A stretch of DNA of 64,000 nucleotides from an uncultured Rivularia sp. (GCA_963665115.1 OY762007.1:7776001-7840000), one strand, 5' to 3'; positions 20,027 to 30,945 are shown, numbered from the stretch's first letter. Translations and numbers: made by a program. The notes: generated from the sequence alone by a model not told the origin.

Positions 20027-20125
20027 CCCTCTCCCCCCTCTTCCCCCTCTTCCCCCTCTCCCCATCCCCCCATCCTTAAAATTACGATACAATACACCAC
20101 GGGGGCTTGTTATGGGGTTTAAGGT

Positions 20126-21241
20126 ATGTCTTCTGCAATTAAAGTAAATCTGCCGCTGTCTTCTTATGAAATTCCAATTGTGCCATCCGGTTTGGATAAA
20201 CTGGGTGATTATATGAATAATTTGCAGTTGGGGAAGAAGGTGTTATTGGTTTCTAACTCGACGGTTTTTGAACATTATGGGGAAAGGGCGTTAAGTTGCC
20301 TTGAAGCTGCTGGTTTTGATGTATGTAAATGCATTTTGCCCGATGGCGAAAAATATAAAAATTTAGATTCTCTACAAAAAATATACGATACGGCTCTGCA
20401 AAATCGCGTAGAACGATCTTCTACGATGGTGGCTTTGGGTGGCGGCGTAATTGGCGATATGACGGGTTTTGCTGCGGCTACTTGGCTGCGAGGAATTAAA
20501 TTCGTGCAGGTGCCGACTTCGCTTTTAGCAATGGTGGATGCTTCGGTGGGTGGTAAAACTGGTGTTAATCATCCCCAAGGAAAAAACTTGATTGGTGCTT
20601 TTCATCAACCGCAATTGGTCTTAATCGATCCGGAAGTGCTGAAAACCTTACCAGAAAGAGAATTACGCGCCGGAATGGCAGAAGTGATAAAATACGGCGT
20701 AATTTGGGATGCAGATTTGTTTGCAGAGATGGAAAAATGCGAAAATCTCGACCAAATGAAATATTTAATGGCTGATTTGTCTAATGGAAAGCAGTCTTTA
20801 ATTGACTACATATTAACGCGCTCTTGTCAAGCAAAAGCTGATGTAGTTAGTAAAGATGAGAAAGAAGCAGGATTGCGAGCAATTCTTAATTACGGACACA
20901 CCATTGCTCATGCAGTGGAAAGCTTAACTGGTTATAGCGTAGTTAATCACGGTGAAGCGGTTGGGATTGGGATGGTAGCAGCCGGAGAAATTGCCGCGAA
21001 ATTGGGAATGTGGAAAGCAGAAGAAGTGCAAAGACAAAATGCTTTGATTGAAAAAGCAGGTTTACTTACTAAATTACCATCAGGTTTGGATATAGGAGAG
21101 ATAATTAAGTCGTTACAGTTGGATAAAAAAGTGAAAGCCGGTAAAGTGCGGTTTATATTGCCAACGCGGATTGGTGAAGTGATAATTACCGATGAAGTTC
21201 CTTCGGAAGTGATTCGCGAGGTGTTGCAAGAGATGAGTTAA
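20126..21241 (+). CDS. aroB: 3-dehydroquinate synthase
   Basis: [54 protein letters not shown]. Confidence 0.97.
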   Translation: MSSAIKVNLPLSSYEIPIVPSGLDKLGDYMNNLQLGKKVLLVSNSTVFEHYGERALSCLEAAGFDVCKCILPDGEKYKNLDSLQKIYDTALQNRVERSSTMVALGGGVIGDMTGFAAATWLRGIKFVQVPTSLLAMVDASVGGKTGVNHPQGKNLIGAFHQPQLVLIDPEVLKTLPERELRAGMAEVIKYGVIWDADLFAEMEKCENLDQMKYLMADLSNGKQSLIDYILTRSCQAKADVVSKDEKEAGLRAILNYGHTIAHAVESLTGYSVVNHGEAVGIGMVAAGEIAAKLGMWKAEEVQRQNALIEKAGLLTKLPSGLDIGEIIKSLQLDKKVKAGKVRFILPTRIGEVIITDEVPSEVIREVLQEMS

Positions 21242-21246
21242 GAAAG

Positions 21247-21305
21247 TGGGGATTGGGCATGGGGGATTGGGGATTGGGCATGGGGGATTGGGGATTGGGC
21301 ATGGG
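21247..21305. repeat. G-rich STRR array (TGGGGAT/TGGGCAT units in a 22-bp higher-order period)
   Basis: tggggattgggcatgggggat repeated ~2.7 times after the aroB stop. Confidence 0.85.
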
Positions 21306-21371
21306 AAGATATTAGGAGTTAAAAGTTTTTATTACTCTTCACCTTTAACCTTTAACCTTTAACCTTTGACC

Positions 21372-22097
21372 TTACACCTCTTCCGGATTTACTCCCAACT
21401 CTCGCAATTTAGCAGCTAAACGTTCGGCTTTTGTGCGTTCTTTTTCCGCAGCAGTTGGAATTAAATCTCCTTGAGAATCGTACCATCTCAACCACAGCCG
21501 TTCGATACCTTGAAAAGTACCTTGCCACAATCCAATACTTAATTCTATAGAAGGTAGCCAAACGGGAGTTTTTGTAAAAGTTATTTCTTGATAGCGACCT
21601 GCGATGTTTTGAAATAGCTGTAAGTTATCGGTATAGCGGTCGAATATTATGTAGTAAGGGATTCGCAGGATTCGTTCGTAGACTTCCCATTTGGTTGGAG
21701 GCTGATTAACTTCTCGTAGGGTTTGTCCTAAATCTTCTTTTTCCGTACCGGGAGAAAGTAATTCGACTACAACTGTTGGATCTATTCCTTCTTGCCAAAC
21801 TACATAGCTTAATCTCATTTCTCGTTGTTGGTAAAGACGAGAAATTCCTAGAACAGCAAACCAATCTGGACGCTTGTACCATAAAGTATGGCGAGGGTCG
21901 TAATATAAGTTTAAGTCACTGCCGATAAAAACTTCGTCAGTCTCATAGCTTGGTGGTTGAAAGGTATCTGCTAACAGACGAGGCTGAAAAATATGAAATT
22001 CATCAGGCAAACCAGGTTCCCCCACATATTCGCTAGGAAGATCGTACATCGTGGGAAGTACTTCTTTGGGAGGACGAGGTGGATCTGTTTGGTACAT
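21372..22097 (-). CDS. Uma2/DUF820 family putative endonuclease
   Basis: LPTMYDLPSE, PDEFH, RPDWFAV, VVVELLSPGT, KWEVYERILRIPYY. Confidence 0.92.
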   Translation of the reverse strand: MYQTDPPRPPKEVLPTMYDLPSEYVGEPGLPDEFHIFQPRLLADTFQPPSYETDEVFIGSDLNLYYDPRHTLWYKRPDWFAVLGISRLYQQREMRLSYVVWQEGIDPTVVVELLSPGTEKEDLGQTLREVNQPPTKWEVYERILRIPYYIIFDRYTDNLQLFQNIAGRYQEITFTKTPVWLPSIELSIGLWQGTFQGIERLWLRWYDSQGDLIPTAAEKERTKAERLAAKLRELGVNPEEV

Positions 22098-22186
22098 ATG
22101 CGCCTTCTGTTACCTATTAACTATAGGTTAGCGGATGAAGAGGGGATTTGGTGGGTTTCTTCCTAGAGTACGTGGTAGATTGTTTG

Positions 22187-22401
22187 TTAACTGTTATCCT
22201 GATAAACTTGACTTCGATGTTTTACCGTAATTACGGTTACACCAATAAGATATCATCAAAAATATCGTATACTACTCGATAATCTCCGACTCGGACACGA
22301 TATAAATTCTCTTCAGCTTGTATTTTTTTCACGACATTAGGACGAGGTTCTATTGTTAAATCTTTAATCTTAGTTTCGATGCGTTTTTGGATATCTGAAG
22401 A
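22187..22401 (-). pseudogene. 5'-truncated, frameshifted RelE/ParE-family toxin remnant
   Basis: Manual translation: DIQKRIETKIKDLTIEPRPNVVKKIQAEENLYRVRVGDYRVVYDIFDDILL / VTVITVKHRSQVYQDNS*; no start codon, +2 shift near 22240. Confidence 0.8.
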
Positions 22402-22562
22402 TTCCTCAACCGGAAGTATCTCGTTTAATGAAAGGAGAGTTTCAACGCTTTAGTGAAGGTAAACTCTTGGTGTTCTTTAAGCTACTTGATGCGAAAGTAA
22501 TTTTACATATTCGCCCTCGTCATCAGGAAAATCAATATAGCGAAACTGCAATATCGCGATAG
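22401..22562 (+). pseudogene. 5'-truncated XRE-type HTH (HigA-like antitoxin) remnant
   Basis: IPQPEVSRLMKGEFQRFSEGKLLVFFKLLDAKVILHIRPRH...*; starts at the HTH recognition helix with no N-terminus. Confidence 0.7.
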
Positions 22563-22733
22563 ACAAATAATCTTTTATTTTAGGTAGTCTTTCTGTTGTA
22601 GCAACTCCAATTTAGGTGGCTTTGAGGAGCGATGAAGATGAGTATGAAGGTGTGTTTGAAGAGCGAAAGCTACACATCTGTTACTTAATCATGATAAAAT
22701 GTTCCCTACATAGGGAATACTTTATTAGAAACA

Positions 22734-23264
22734 ATGAATAATATCTTTACTCCCACTGAAGCGGCTGCAATTGTTCAAATTCCAACTAAAAGAGTTTATA
22801 AAGAGTTAGAGTATGCGATTGTTCCTTCTAGTAACCCCCCACGACTTCCTTTTGAGGCTTTAGTATACCTCCGAGCATTAAAAGAAGTTGATTTTACATT
22901 TTCTGTTGATTTCCGAACTGTTTTATATAAACGTCTCGTAGATGCTATCGCTCATAACAGTACTTCTTTAGAAATCGCACGCTATTTTATATTGCAACTT
23001 GATGCGATTTCAAATGAACTATCAGAATTAATTAATCGTTTCAATCGTTGGAAGGAAGGGTTAGTAATAAATCAAGCGATTATGGGGGGTGAAACAGTGT
23101 TTTCCAATTCTCGCCTTACTGTACGGCATATTGGTACAATGCTCGAACGTGGCGAGTCTAAAGAAGTGATTCGAGAGGATTATCCTTACTTATCAGAGGA
23201 AGATATGGAATTTGCTCTTATTTATACAAGAGCTTATCCAGCTATTGGCAGACCAAAAAAGTAA
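22734..23264 (+). CDS. HTH + DUF433 protein (putative antitoxin)
   Basis: N-terminal FTPTEAAAIVQIP; C-terminal IMGGETVFSNSRLTVRHI...IREDYPYLSEEDM. Confidence 0.85.
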   Translation: MNNIFTPTEAAAIVQIPTKRVYKELEYAIVPSSNPPRLPFEALVYLRALKEVDFTFSVDFRTVLYKRLVDAIAHNSTSLEIARYFILQLDAISNELSELINRFNRWKEGLVINQAIMGGETVFSNSRLTVRHIGTMLERGESKEVIREDYPYLSEEDMEFALIYTRAYPAIGRPKK

Positions 23265-23647
23265 TGAAGTTTCTAGTCGATGAGGACTTATCACCATCAA
23301 TTGCACGTTACTTATGCGAAGAAATGCTGGTTGATGCTGTAGCTGTAAGAGATCGCAATTTACTTAATACACCAGATTATGAGATTTTAGAATATGCTTT
23401 TCAAGAAGAGCGCATTTTAATAACTGCTAATGTCAAAGATTTCGAGCGCTTCGCAAATATTCGTGAAGTTCATGCTGCTATTGTGTTGATTTGCGATGGT
23501 ACTTTACTACGTACAGAACAGATTGAAATGGTAAATATTGCTGTAGTTGCAATTTTAGCTGAACTAGAAGCCGGTAGAGATATGATTAATCGGGTTCTCT
23601 ATGTTGAGGCTGATAGAAGTTTAGAGTTTGAAAACCTGCCAATATAA
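23264..23647 (+). CDS. DUF5615 PIN-like (VapC45-like) putative toxin
   Basis: MKFLVDEDLS, PDYEILEYA, RILITANVKDF; TAATG coupling to DUF433. Confidence 0.85.
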   Translation: MKFLVDEDLSPSIARYLCEEMLVDAVAVRDRNLLNTPDYEILEYAFQEERILITANVKDFERFANIREVHAAIVLICDGTLLRTEQIEMVNIAVVAILAELEAGRDMINRVLYVEADRSLEFENLPI

Positions 23648-23652
23648 AATTA

Positions 23653-24231
23653 ATGAAAAGTAATTTTTACAAGTGCCGATTTTTCTGGTGGTTCGGATTA
23701 AGTTTACTAATTGTGTTGATTGGGTTTATTCCCGTGAGGATAAATATTGCTTTTCGCCAAGCGCCAACTCCCCAGGCTATTTTTGTGTTGGGGGGTGATT
23801 TTGAGCGGACAAAGTTTGCTGGTGAGTTTTGGCAGTCTCGTAGGGATTTGGATGTTTGGGTTTCTGATTTTCCGCAGTATTTAGATAGACATAAACAGAT
23901 TTTGAAAAAGTTTGGTGTGTCTGAAGAGCGTTTTCATTTGGATGGTGAAGCGACGGATACGGTGACTAATTTTACAAGTTTGGTTGATGATTTTGCTGAT
24001 GATAATTTACAGCATATTTATTTGATTACTTCGGATTATCATATGCGGAGAGCGAGGGTGATCGCAACGGTAGTTTTAGGTAGTCGGGGAGTTGTGGTTT
24101 CTCCGATTGCGGTGGATTCGGGGAGGGATGAGGATGAGTCTTTGGTGCGGGTGGTGAGGGATTTTGGGCGTAGTTTGTTGTGGCTTTTGAGTGGGAGAAC
24201 GGGGGCTAGTTTGAATCCGGATTTGAAATAG
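23653..24231 (+). CDS. YdcF/DUF218 (ElyC-like) membrane-anchored protein
   Basis: N-terminal TM, IFVLGG, ATDTVTNF, LITSDYHMRRA. Confidence 0.88.
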   Translation: MKSNFYKCRFFWWFGLSLLIVLIGFIPVRINIAFRQAPTPQAIFVLGGDFERTKFAGEFWQSRRDLDVWVSDFPQYLDRHKQILKKFGVSEERFHLDGEATDTVTNFTSLVDDFADDNLQHIYLITSDYHMRRARVIATVVLGSRGVVVSPIAVDSGRDEDESLVRVVRDFGRSLLWLLSGRTGASLNPDLK

Positions 24232-25356
24232 CTAAGATTTATTGATTCTATTATCAAGTATTTCCTTATATACAGCTTGAACTTCAGTTACCATTCGCTC
24301 AACTATAAATTCCTGTACAAATTTTTGCCTACCAGCTTCACCCATCTGCTGACGCATTTGAGGAGAGTCAATCAATTTAGAGAGTGCATTAGACAATGCT
24401 TCTACATCTTCATGGGGTACTAGTAAACCTGTTTTTTCGTTTTCTATTTGTTCAGGAATACCATTTACTCTAGTTGCAACGACAGGTAAACCAGCCCGCA
24501 TCGCTTCAAGAATACTGATAGGAAATCCTTCGTAATGAGTGCTGAGGATAAAGATTTGAGATTGGGCTAATAAACTTGGAACATCAGTCCTATCACCTAA
24601 AAAGGAAACTTTATTTGTAATCTCCAAAGACTGCGCCAAACCTTTACATTCTTCCATCGATGTACCACTACCTACAAAATCCAAATGGAAATCGAGTTTT
24701 TTAAGTTTTGCAATAGATTTTAATAAAGTAGTTTGGTCTTTTTGTTCGTTTAAACGTGCCACCATTATTAGTCGTGGTGATTGTAGCGAAGCATTAATAA
24801 TAGGCACAGAAATGTCACTAACACCATTATAAATAGTAACTAATGACTTTTGAGTGCCAACACCAAATTTTAAAGCTAGTTGGTGATCGCTCTCACATAC
24901 ACAAATTATTTTAGTTGCTAAGGTTGCCAATAATTTTTCTGATACTAGCGCAATGTTTCTACGTAGTTTCGGTGTTCCGGGAGTAAACCCCCAACCGTGG
25001 GCTGTAAATACTGTGGGAATCCTGCAAATTGCTCCAGCCAGACGAGCCACTACGCCAGCTTTACTGCTGTGTGCGTGGATAATATCTGGTTTAATTATGT
25101 TGATTAATGAAATGCATTGTTTAACTGCTAAGAAGTCGCTAAATAAGTTAATACTACGAGTCAAGTTAGGAATCAGATGTACTCTCACTCCTAAAGCAAT
25201 TGCTTTCTCTGTAAGCTGGCCATTGATGGCTGTTGCTAAGTGAACTTCATAATCTTTCTGAAAGTTTGAAATTAGGTCGTAAACATTTCGTTGAGCGCCA
25301 CCCAATTCAGATTTTGTAATTATATAGAGTAATACTTTCTTGCCTGAAGAATTCAT
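24232..25356 (-). CDS. Glycosyltransferase family 4
   Basis: ELGGAQ, HAHSSKAG, EGFPISILEAM. Confidence 0.93.
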   Translation of the reverse strand: MNSSGKKVLLYIITKSELGGAQRNVYDLISNFQKDYEVHLATAINGQLTEKAIALGVRVHLIPNLTRSINLFSDFLAVKQCISLINIIKPDIIHAHSSKAGVVARLAGAICRIPTVFTAHGWGFTPGTPKLRRNIALVSEKLLATLATKIICVCESDHQLALKFGVGTQKSLVTIYNGVSDISVPIINASLQSPRLIMVARLNEQKDQTTLLKSIAKLKKLDFHLDFVGSGTSMEECKGLAQSLEITNKVSFLGDRTDVPSLLAQSQIFILSTHYEGFPISILEAMRAGLPVVATRVNGIPEQIENEKTGLLVPHEDVEALSNALSKLIDSPQMRQQMGEAGRQKFVQEFIVERMVTEVQAVYKEILDNRINKS

Positions 25357-25359
25357 ATA

Positions 25360-26181
25360 TTATACATCTTGTTCTTTTGAACCAGCTAAAAAACGGCGTA
25401 GGAAAGACTTTGACTCTTTGGGTAAATAGCCATAAGCGTATCTACCAAGGGGGTAGACTCCCATCCATAATGGAAGATTAAGTTCTCTAATAGCTTGCCA
25501 CTGAACGCTTGCTAACTTTCTTTGACGCTGAGAATATTTAAAAGTTTGATGCCAAAAACTTGTTGAATGAACCCAATGTTCCCCTAATGTTTCAGGTACG
25601 CTTGCAAAACGCCAACCAAGCTTGGCAAATTTAATCCAAAGATGGAGGTCTTCGATACCATACATATCAACATATCCTCCAGTTTGTTCCCAAGCTTTTT
25701 TTCTGTAAGTAACTAGTGTATTAGCAAAAGGAACACACTTTGCCATTGTTCGTATGATTTGTTGATGTTCTGTAGCTGGGATTCTTATATAGCGTTCCTT
25801 ACGATTTTCGTCTTCTAAAACGAAATTACATCCAACAATACCAACCTCGGGATGAGTATCTAGAAATTCAACCTGTAACTTGAGACGTTCTGGATAACTG
25901 ATATCATCAAAATCCTGATTAGCAATATACTCACCTTGCGCTTTTTCAATGGCGTAATTAAAAGCCTTAATGCGTCCTAATCTTCCACAGCGGAAAAACT
26001 TTACTCGCTTATCTTGACTTGCAATTTCCGCTAGCATTTCAGGGGTTTCATCTGTAGAACCATCATCTACAATAACCCATTCAAAATCAGTGTAAGTTTG
26101 ATTTAAAATACTAGGTATCACTTTATCAAAATATTTTTGACCATTATATACAGAAGTCACAACGGAAATTTTTGTAGACAT
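25360..26181 (-). CDS. Glycosyltransferase family 2
   Basis: ISVVTSVYN, IVDDGSTD, QDFDD, ED. Confidence 0.92.
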   Translation of the reverse strand: MSTKISVVTSVYNGQKYFDKVIPSILNQTYTDFEWVIVDDGSTDETPEMLAEIASQDKRVKFFRCGRLGRIKAFNYAIEKAQGEYIANQDFDDISYPERLKLQVEFLDTHPEVGIVGCNFVLEDENRKERYIRIPATEHQQIIRTMAKCVPFANTLVTYRKKAWEQTGGYVDMYGIEDLHLWIKFAKLGWRFASVPETLGEHWVHSTSFWHQTFKYSQRQRKLASVQWQAIRELNLPLWMGVYPLGRYAYGYLPKESKSFLRRFLAGSKEQDV

Positions 26182-26283
26182 TTTCAATCACTCCAGAACA
26201 TAATATTTTATATACACAACAAAAATATATGACTTTAATATACGTTTTTTTTCTGAAAAAAAAATGTAATCAACTCTAAATAA

Positions 26284-27567
26284 TTAGGCTTTGCTAGAAC
26301 TTACTAGATTTTTCTTTTCTTTTCTTGCATACTCTAAAACACTTGTTGTTGTAGTTATTAAAATTAGTGTTGAAGGAAACCTCCAACGTTCAGCAGAACC
26401 AGCATTTTTAACTCCCGCCCCTAATGCAAGAGATGTGAATATTAATGTTATAAATATAATTTTTAATTCCTGACTTTTGATAATATTTTTTTTCATTTTT
26501 TTCCATGTTCTAAAACATAATATCAATAAAAATAAAGCTTGAATTGAACTACCTAATGCGAAGCCACTACGAACATCCCACAGCATGGGCGAGAAGGTAA
26601 AATATATAGCTTGAAGAGGTAAATACCAAACCCAATCTACAGGATTGCTAGGGTAGATACCTTCAAGATAATTTGACCTACCTCCTTCATTTTCTGCCGA
26701 TTCTGCAAGTCTTAGCACTTCATCCTGCAAATCCATCAAATTAGTACTGGTACTATATGCACCAATTCTTTGATAGACATTTAACATTGCTATGACTATC
26801 ACCACTGTCATAAAAATAGAAATTAAGTAAAGAAAGTTCCGTAGATACAAAGGAATCTTTGATTTCTTTATCTCGCTGAGTAAAGTAAATGATACTATCG
26901 GTATAAAATAAACGATGTAATGTGTTCTTAAAAAGCATCCAAATACAATACCTAAAATAGTAAAAATCTGAACCTTTGGATCGAAGCGCAATTTAACTGA
27001 ACTAACAATTCCTAGTAAACCAGCCATACCTAGGATAATCATTAAAACCGTAGGTGAAGTTCGTCCTAGTTCAATAGTGTAGCGCAGCCAACTTGGCCAG
27101 AACATAATTAAAAGTACTTGAGACTGAGTAAGTTTTTTCTTAAAGACAATTTTATTCAGCCATGATAATGGTGCAATAATCGCGACACCAAGAGCAGCGT
27201 TAGCAACTCTTATTACCCACAATCCTTGCTCCCCAATAGCATTGAATATCCAGCCTGGATAGAGAACTGTGTAAAAGGGAGCATGTGGTTTAATATCTTC
27301 TATAAATCCCGTAAAACCAATCTGATTAAATGCATTTAAATAAGGAAGGTAATCGCTAATATCACCCGTCCCAAACAGGAATGTTTGCTCATTAATAATG
27401 ATTAAACATATTCTTACGGTAAAACCAATAACGATTGCAGTAAAATAATTTTTATAAAATATCCTTGCCCAAATAAATAGTATTAAAGTAATTATTAAAC
27501 TTAACGATAAACTTAAAAAATCAATATTCATATCCGCTCTATAAATCACATAAAAGAGTTGAGTCAA
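26284..27567 (-). CDS. Polytopic membrane protein, probable Wzy polymerase
   Basis: About 10 hydrophobic segments, NAGSAERWR motif, position among GTs; start codon uncertain. Confidence 0.65.
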   Translation of the reverse strand: MTQLFYVIYRADMNIDFLSLSLSLIITLILFIWARIFYKNYFTAIVIGFTVRICLIIINEQTFLFGTGDISDYLPYLNAFNQIGFTGFIEDIKPHAPFYTVLYPGWIFNAIGEQGLWVIRVANAALGVAIIAPLSWLNKIVFKKKLTQSQVLLIMFWPSWLRYTIELGRTSPTVLMIILGMAGLLGIVSSVKLRFDPKVQIFTILGIVFGCFLRTHYIVYFIPIVSFTLLSEIKKSKIPLYLRNFLYLISIFMTVVIVIAMLNVYQRIGAYSTSTNLMDLQDEVLRLAESAENEGGRSNYLEGIYPSNPVDWVWYLPLQAIYFTFSPMLWDVRSGFALGSSIQALFLLILCFRTWKKMKKNIIKSQELKIIFITLIFTSLALGAGVKNAGSAERWRFPSTLILITTTTSVLEYARKEKKNLVSSSKA

Positions 27568-27569
27568 GA

Positions 27570-28634
27570 TTACTTTAATACATTAGAGCAAATCTTACCG
27601 TAAACATCTACAAATTTTTTAGCTATAACATCAAAGTCATATTCTTTTGGATAATAACTTATCCTCCCTACAGCCTCTTGAATACCTTGTGCTAGTGCTT
27701 GAGGATTTGCTGGAGGTACAAGTAACCCATTTACTGATGGTACATCTTCTACAAAACCACCAACAGCAGTAGCAACCACTGGAGTTCCGAATGCAGCAGA
27801 TAATAGTGGTAAGCTTGATTGTGTCGCTTGGTGATAAGGTAAAACACAAACAGATGCTCTCTGAAAAAGTAAAGCTACTTCCGCTTCTTGTAAGTAACGA
27901 TTGTGTAACTCAAAAACTTCTGGATTAGCTTTTATAGTTTGGAGAAGAGAATCCGGAAGTTGTCCAGGCCCAGCAATGATTACTCGCTGTTCTCCTTTAA
28001 GAAGTAAACCAGCTTCTACCAAATTATCTAAACCTTTATAGGCTTCTAACCTACCAAAAAATAAGGCAATGGGTTCTCGGGCAACTTCTTTTTGACGATA
28101 AAATGTAAAACGTTGGGCTAAACTTCCGTGTGGAATAATAACAATTTGTTCCGATGCTACACCCTGTTGAATAACTGTTTCTGAGAAACACTTGGAATGG
28201 ATATGCACTCCCGAGACTTGCCGCATAGTATATTTGCGGGTAAATGCCATTGCTGCATCAATAAAACTACCAGGATGAGGCTCTGGGTCGTGAATAGTCA
28301 TCAATATTGGCAGTTTTTTGAATTTTGCCCAGTGAACTCCAAATAAAGTCCAAGGGTAAGGATCGCCATTAACAAGATGTACTAAATCAGGTTTTACTTT
28401 TTCAATCTGTGTCCACAAACGCCAACCAAGATATGGATTCATTAAACGAAAAAAAGCTTCACGTTTATTCAATCCAGTTTGAAAAAAATGTACAGTTGCT
28501 TTTCCATGTTTTCCATCATAGTGTTGTGGAACGAAAAGGTGAATTTCTACCAACTCACTAAGAGGTTGTGTTAAAGCCTCAAGGTATTGACCCATTGCTC
28601 CTTTGACGGAAAGAGCTACCAGCGCAATTTTCAC
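27570..28634 (-). CDS. Glycosyltransferase family 4
   Basis: HDPEPH, FFGRLEAYKG, LPYHQATQS, PVVATAVGG. Confidence 0.92.
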   Translation of the reverse strand: MKIALVALSVKGAMGQYLEALTQPLSELVEIHLFVPQHYDGKHGKATVHFFQTGLNKREAFFRLMNPYLGWRLWTQIEKVKPDLVHLVNGDPYPWTLFGVHWAKFKKLPILMTIHDPEPHPGSFIDAAMAFTRKYTMRQVSGVHIHSKCFSETVIQQGVASEQIVIIPHGSLAQRFTFYRQKEVAREPIALFFGRLEAYKGLDNLVEAGLLLKGEQRVIIAGPGQLPDSLLQTIKANPEVFELHNRYLQEAEVALLFQRASVCVLPYHQATQSSLPLLSAAFGTPVVATAVGGFVEDVPSVNGLLVPPANPQALAQGIQEAVGRISYYPKEYDFDVIAKKFVDVYGKICSNVLK

Positions 28635-29746
28635 TTGTTTACCCTCCCAAAAAGGTTTAGGTATAAATCGTAATAATGCTTTTTGATAATGCTAGGTCTA
28701 AAAGTCTCTGCTCTTTCCTGAGCCAACTCTGATGAATTTGAAAATTTTTCAATTATTTGCTTAAAACCATTGTGAAGTTCAGAACGGGGAACTTGTAAAC
28801 CAGCAGAACCGATAACTTCTTGCATTAATTCTGTATCAAGCGAGAGAACAGGTAATCCAACGGCTAAACATTCAGCTGCACCAATACCAAATCCTTCGTT
28901 TTCTGAAGGAAAAAGTCCAAAATCCGCAATTGCTAATAGTCCGGGAACTTTCTCATAAGGAACTGCACCTAGAAAACAAACATGATCTTCTAGGTTATGA
29001 AATTTAACAAACTCCATAACATTAGTTCTTTCAGGTCCTTCTCCTGCAAATACCACAAATATCTGGTCTCTTTCCTGGGGAGATAGTTTATTCAAAGCTT
29101 CAACAACTAGCATTTGGTTTTTGAACTTCATAAACCGAGCAATCTGCACAAATATCTTCTTATTCTTAGGAAATTTACTTAGGTAATCTTTTTCTGGCGA
29201 AGGATTAAGATAAAATCTATTACCTACACAGTTATATATTGTCTGAAAATTCGACTTAACCCCAGGAAAAGCTTGATTCATCGATTGACTAACTAAATTT
29301 GAACAGGTAGTACAAAATTCAAATGATGAGTAAACCTTAGTCAAAATCAATTTTTCAAACCAAGGAGCAGGTTTACGATAAAATTGATGCGTATAAATCC
29401 CTATTTTTTTATTGAGGAGATAGAAGAGTAAACATGCTGGATATCCTTGGACGTGAATTAAATCTATATCATTTTCATTAACTATTCTTGAAAGTTGTTG
29501 TACCGTTAATAGATTAACAAAAGTGTCTAGAATAACTTTCCATTTAGGAATACCATAGCCGATATTTTTAGTGCGAAGTTTCCAGTAAGGAATATTTATT
29601 TGTTTTAGCTTTGCTTCAAAAGGTTCTGAACTGTAGATTAAAGCAACTGATTCGTTTAATCCTGGTTGTCTTTCAGATAAAAGATTAATTAAAAGTGATT
29701 CTCCACCTCCAAAGGAGATAGGAGCGATTAAGTGAAGAACATTCAT
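28631..29746 (-). CDS. Glycosyltransferase family 4
   Basis: FGGGE, FPSENEGFGIGAAEC. Confidence 0.92.
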   Translation of the reverse strand: MNVLHLIAPISFGGGESLLINLLSERQPGLNESVALIYSSEPFEAKLKQINIPYWKLRTKNIGYGIPKWKVILDTFVNLLTVQQLSRIVNENDIDLIHVQGYPACLLFYLLNKKIGIYTHQFYRKPAPWFEKLILTKVYSSFEFCTTCSNLVSQSMNQAFPGVKSNFQTIYNCVGNRFYLNPSPEKDYLSKFPKNKKIFVQIARFMKFKNQMLVVEALNKLSPQERDQIFVVFAGEGPERTNVMEFVKFHNLEDHVCFLGAVPYEKVPGLLAIADFGLFPSENEGFGIGAAECLAVGLPVLSLDTELMQEVIGSAGLQVPRSELHNGFKQIIEKFSNSSELAQERAETFRPSIIKKHYYDLYLNLFGRVNK

Positions 29747-29865
29747 TTGGATACCTCAATTAGTACAACAGCTACCAATGATAATATTAGTATGATTTGT
29801 AGAATCGCTGTTTGTGTAAAGAATAATCTTTTATATGAAATAAGTAAAATCATGATAATTTTTAT

Positions 29866-30945
29866 TCAAGAATCCTTAAGTAAATTTTGATAGATATTTA
29901 ATACTTCCATCCCTGTTACTTCCCAAGAAAATTCATTAATTAGTCGAGACTGTAGATTTTTATTTGAAGTTGATCTATATGCATTTAATATTGCTTTTCG
30001 TATTGACTCTACAGAATCAGGATTACAATAGTAAGCCTCATCAGCTAAATAATCATAAATCGCAGGATCTTTTACTGCGACTACTTCAGCACCAGCCATT
30101 CCAGCTTCTAGACTTGTTATACCAGGACATTCATTTTTACTGGGAAGAACGTGAACTTTAGCTGCTGTATAAGCAGAATATAATATTTCATCCGGAATTA
30201 CTCCTAAATAGTGAACCCACGATCTCTTTTCACACTCTTTAAAAAACTCGTCGCAATAATCTGGCTCATAAGGTGCGGGGTAACCAATAAACACAAGTTG
30301 AATGTCAAGATTTTCCAATGCTTTTATAACTTTTAATTGTCCCTTACGTTTACTAATGCGACCAACCATCAAAACAAAGTCTGTAATTTTATATTGCTCG
30401 ATAAAAGCATCCGCAGAGACAGAAGCAAGTTTTTTCTCAACAGCATAATTTATCACACTCATTTTATCTTTGTTGACACCAAAAGCATCATGCAAATATA
30501 GTAATTCAGTATTTGAGCCTGGTAAAATTACATCACAAACCTTAAAGAGACGTTGAAGATTGCGATAAGTTGTAGCGACGGGAATATTATTATCTAAAAG
30601 TCCCCAAGATTTCCACATCCAAGCTGGCGTAGAATTCGTTGCGATGGTAGACCAAACAACTTTAATACCAAATTTTTTTGCTATTTCGGCAAATGAGGCG
30701 AGTTCATGGGTATATCCAAACAGGTGAATAATATTATGGTCGTGTTGCTTTGACCAAATATCAAATAATTCTACTTTCACATTTAGATATTCTAGATGTT
30801 CTTTAAGTTTCTCCAAAAATCTCATATCACCAGTTTGCGTCCACATTCCTAGAGGAAAATAATGGTAAAAAGCTATCTTCATTTTTTCAATGTCATCCAA
30901 AGAGTAATCACTGAGTATTGGATTAATATTTGTATCCAGTGTCAT
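29866..30945 (-). CDS. Glycosyltransferase family 4
   Basis: VGRISKRKGQ, LPSKNECPGITSLEA, FSWE. Confidence 0.9.
   Translation of the reverse strand: MTLDTNINPILSDYSLDDIEKMKIAFYHYFPLGMWTQTGDMRFLEKLKEHLEYLNVKVELFDIWSKQHDHNIIHLFGYTHELASFAEIAKKFGIKVVWSTIATNSTPAWMWKSWGLLDNNIPVATTYRNLQRLFKVCDVILPGSNTELLYLHDAFGVNKDKMSVINYAVEKKLASVSADAFIEQYKITDFVLMVGRISKRKGQLKVIKALENLDIQLVFIGYPAPYEPDYCDEFFKECEKRSWVHYLGVIPDEILYSAYTAAKVHVLPSKNECPGITSLEAGMAGAEVVAVKDPAIYDYLADEAYYCNPDSVESIRKAILNAYRSTSNKNLQSRLINEFSWEVTGMEVLNIYQNLLKDS

Noticed and set aside
19931..20122. 63-aa ORF; also 63369..63563 and 39798..40082
   Set aside because: Translations of tandem repeats or antisense to wzc; low-complexity products.
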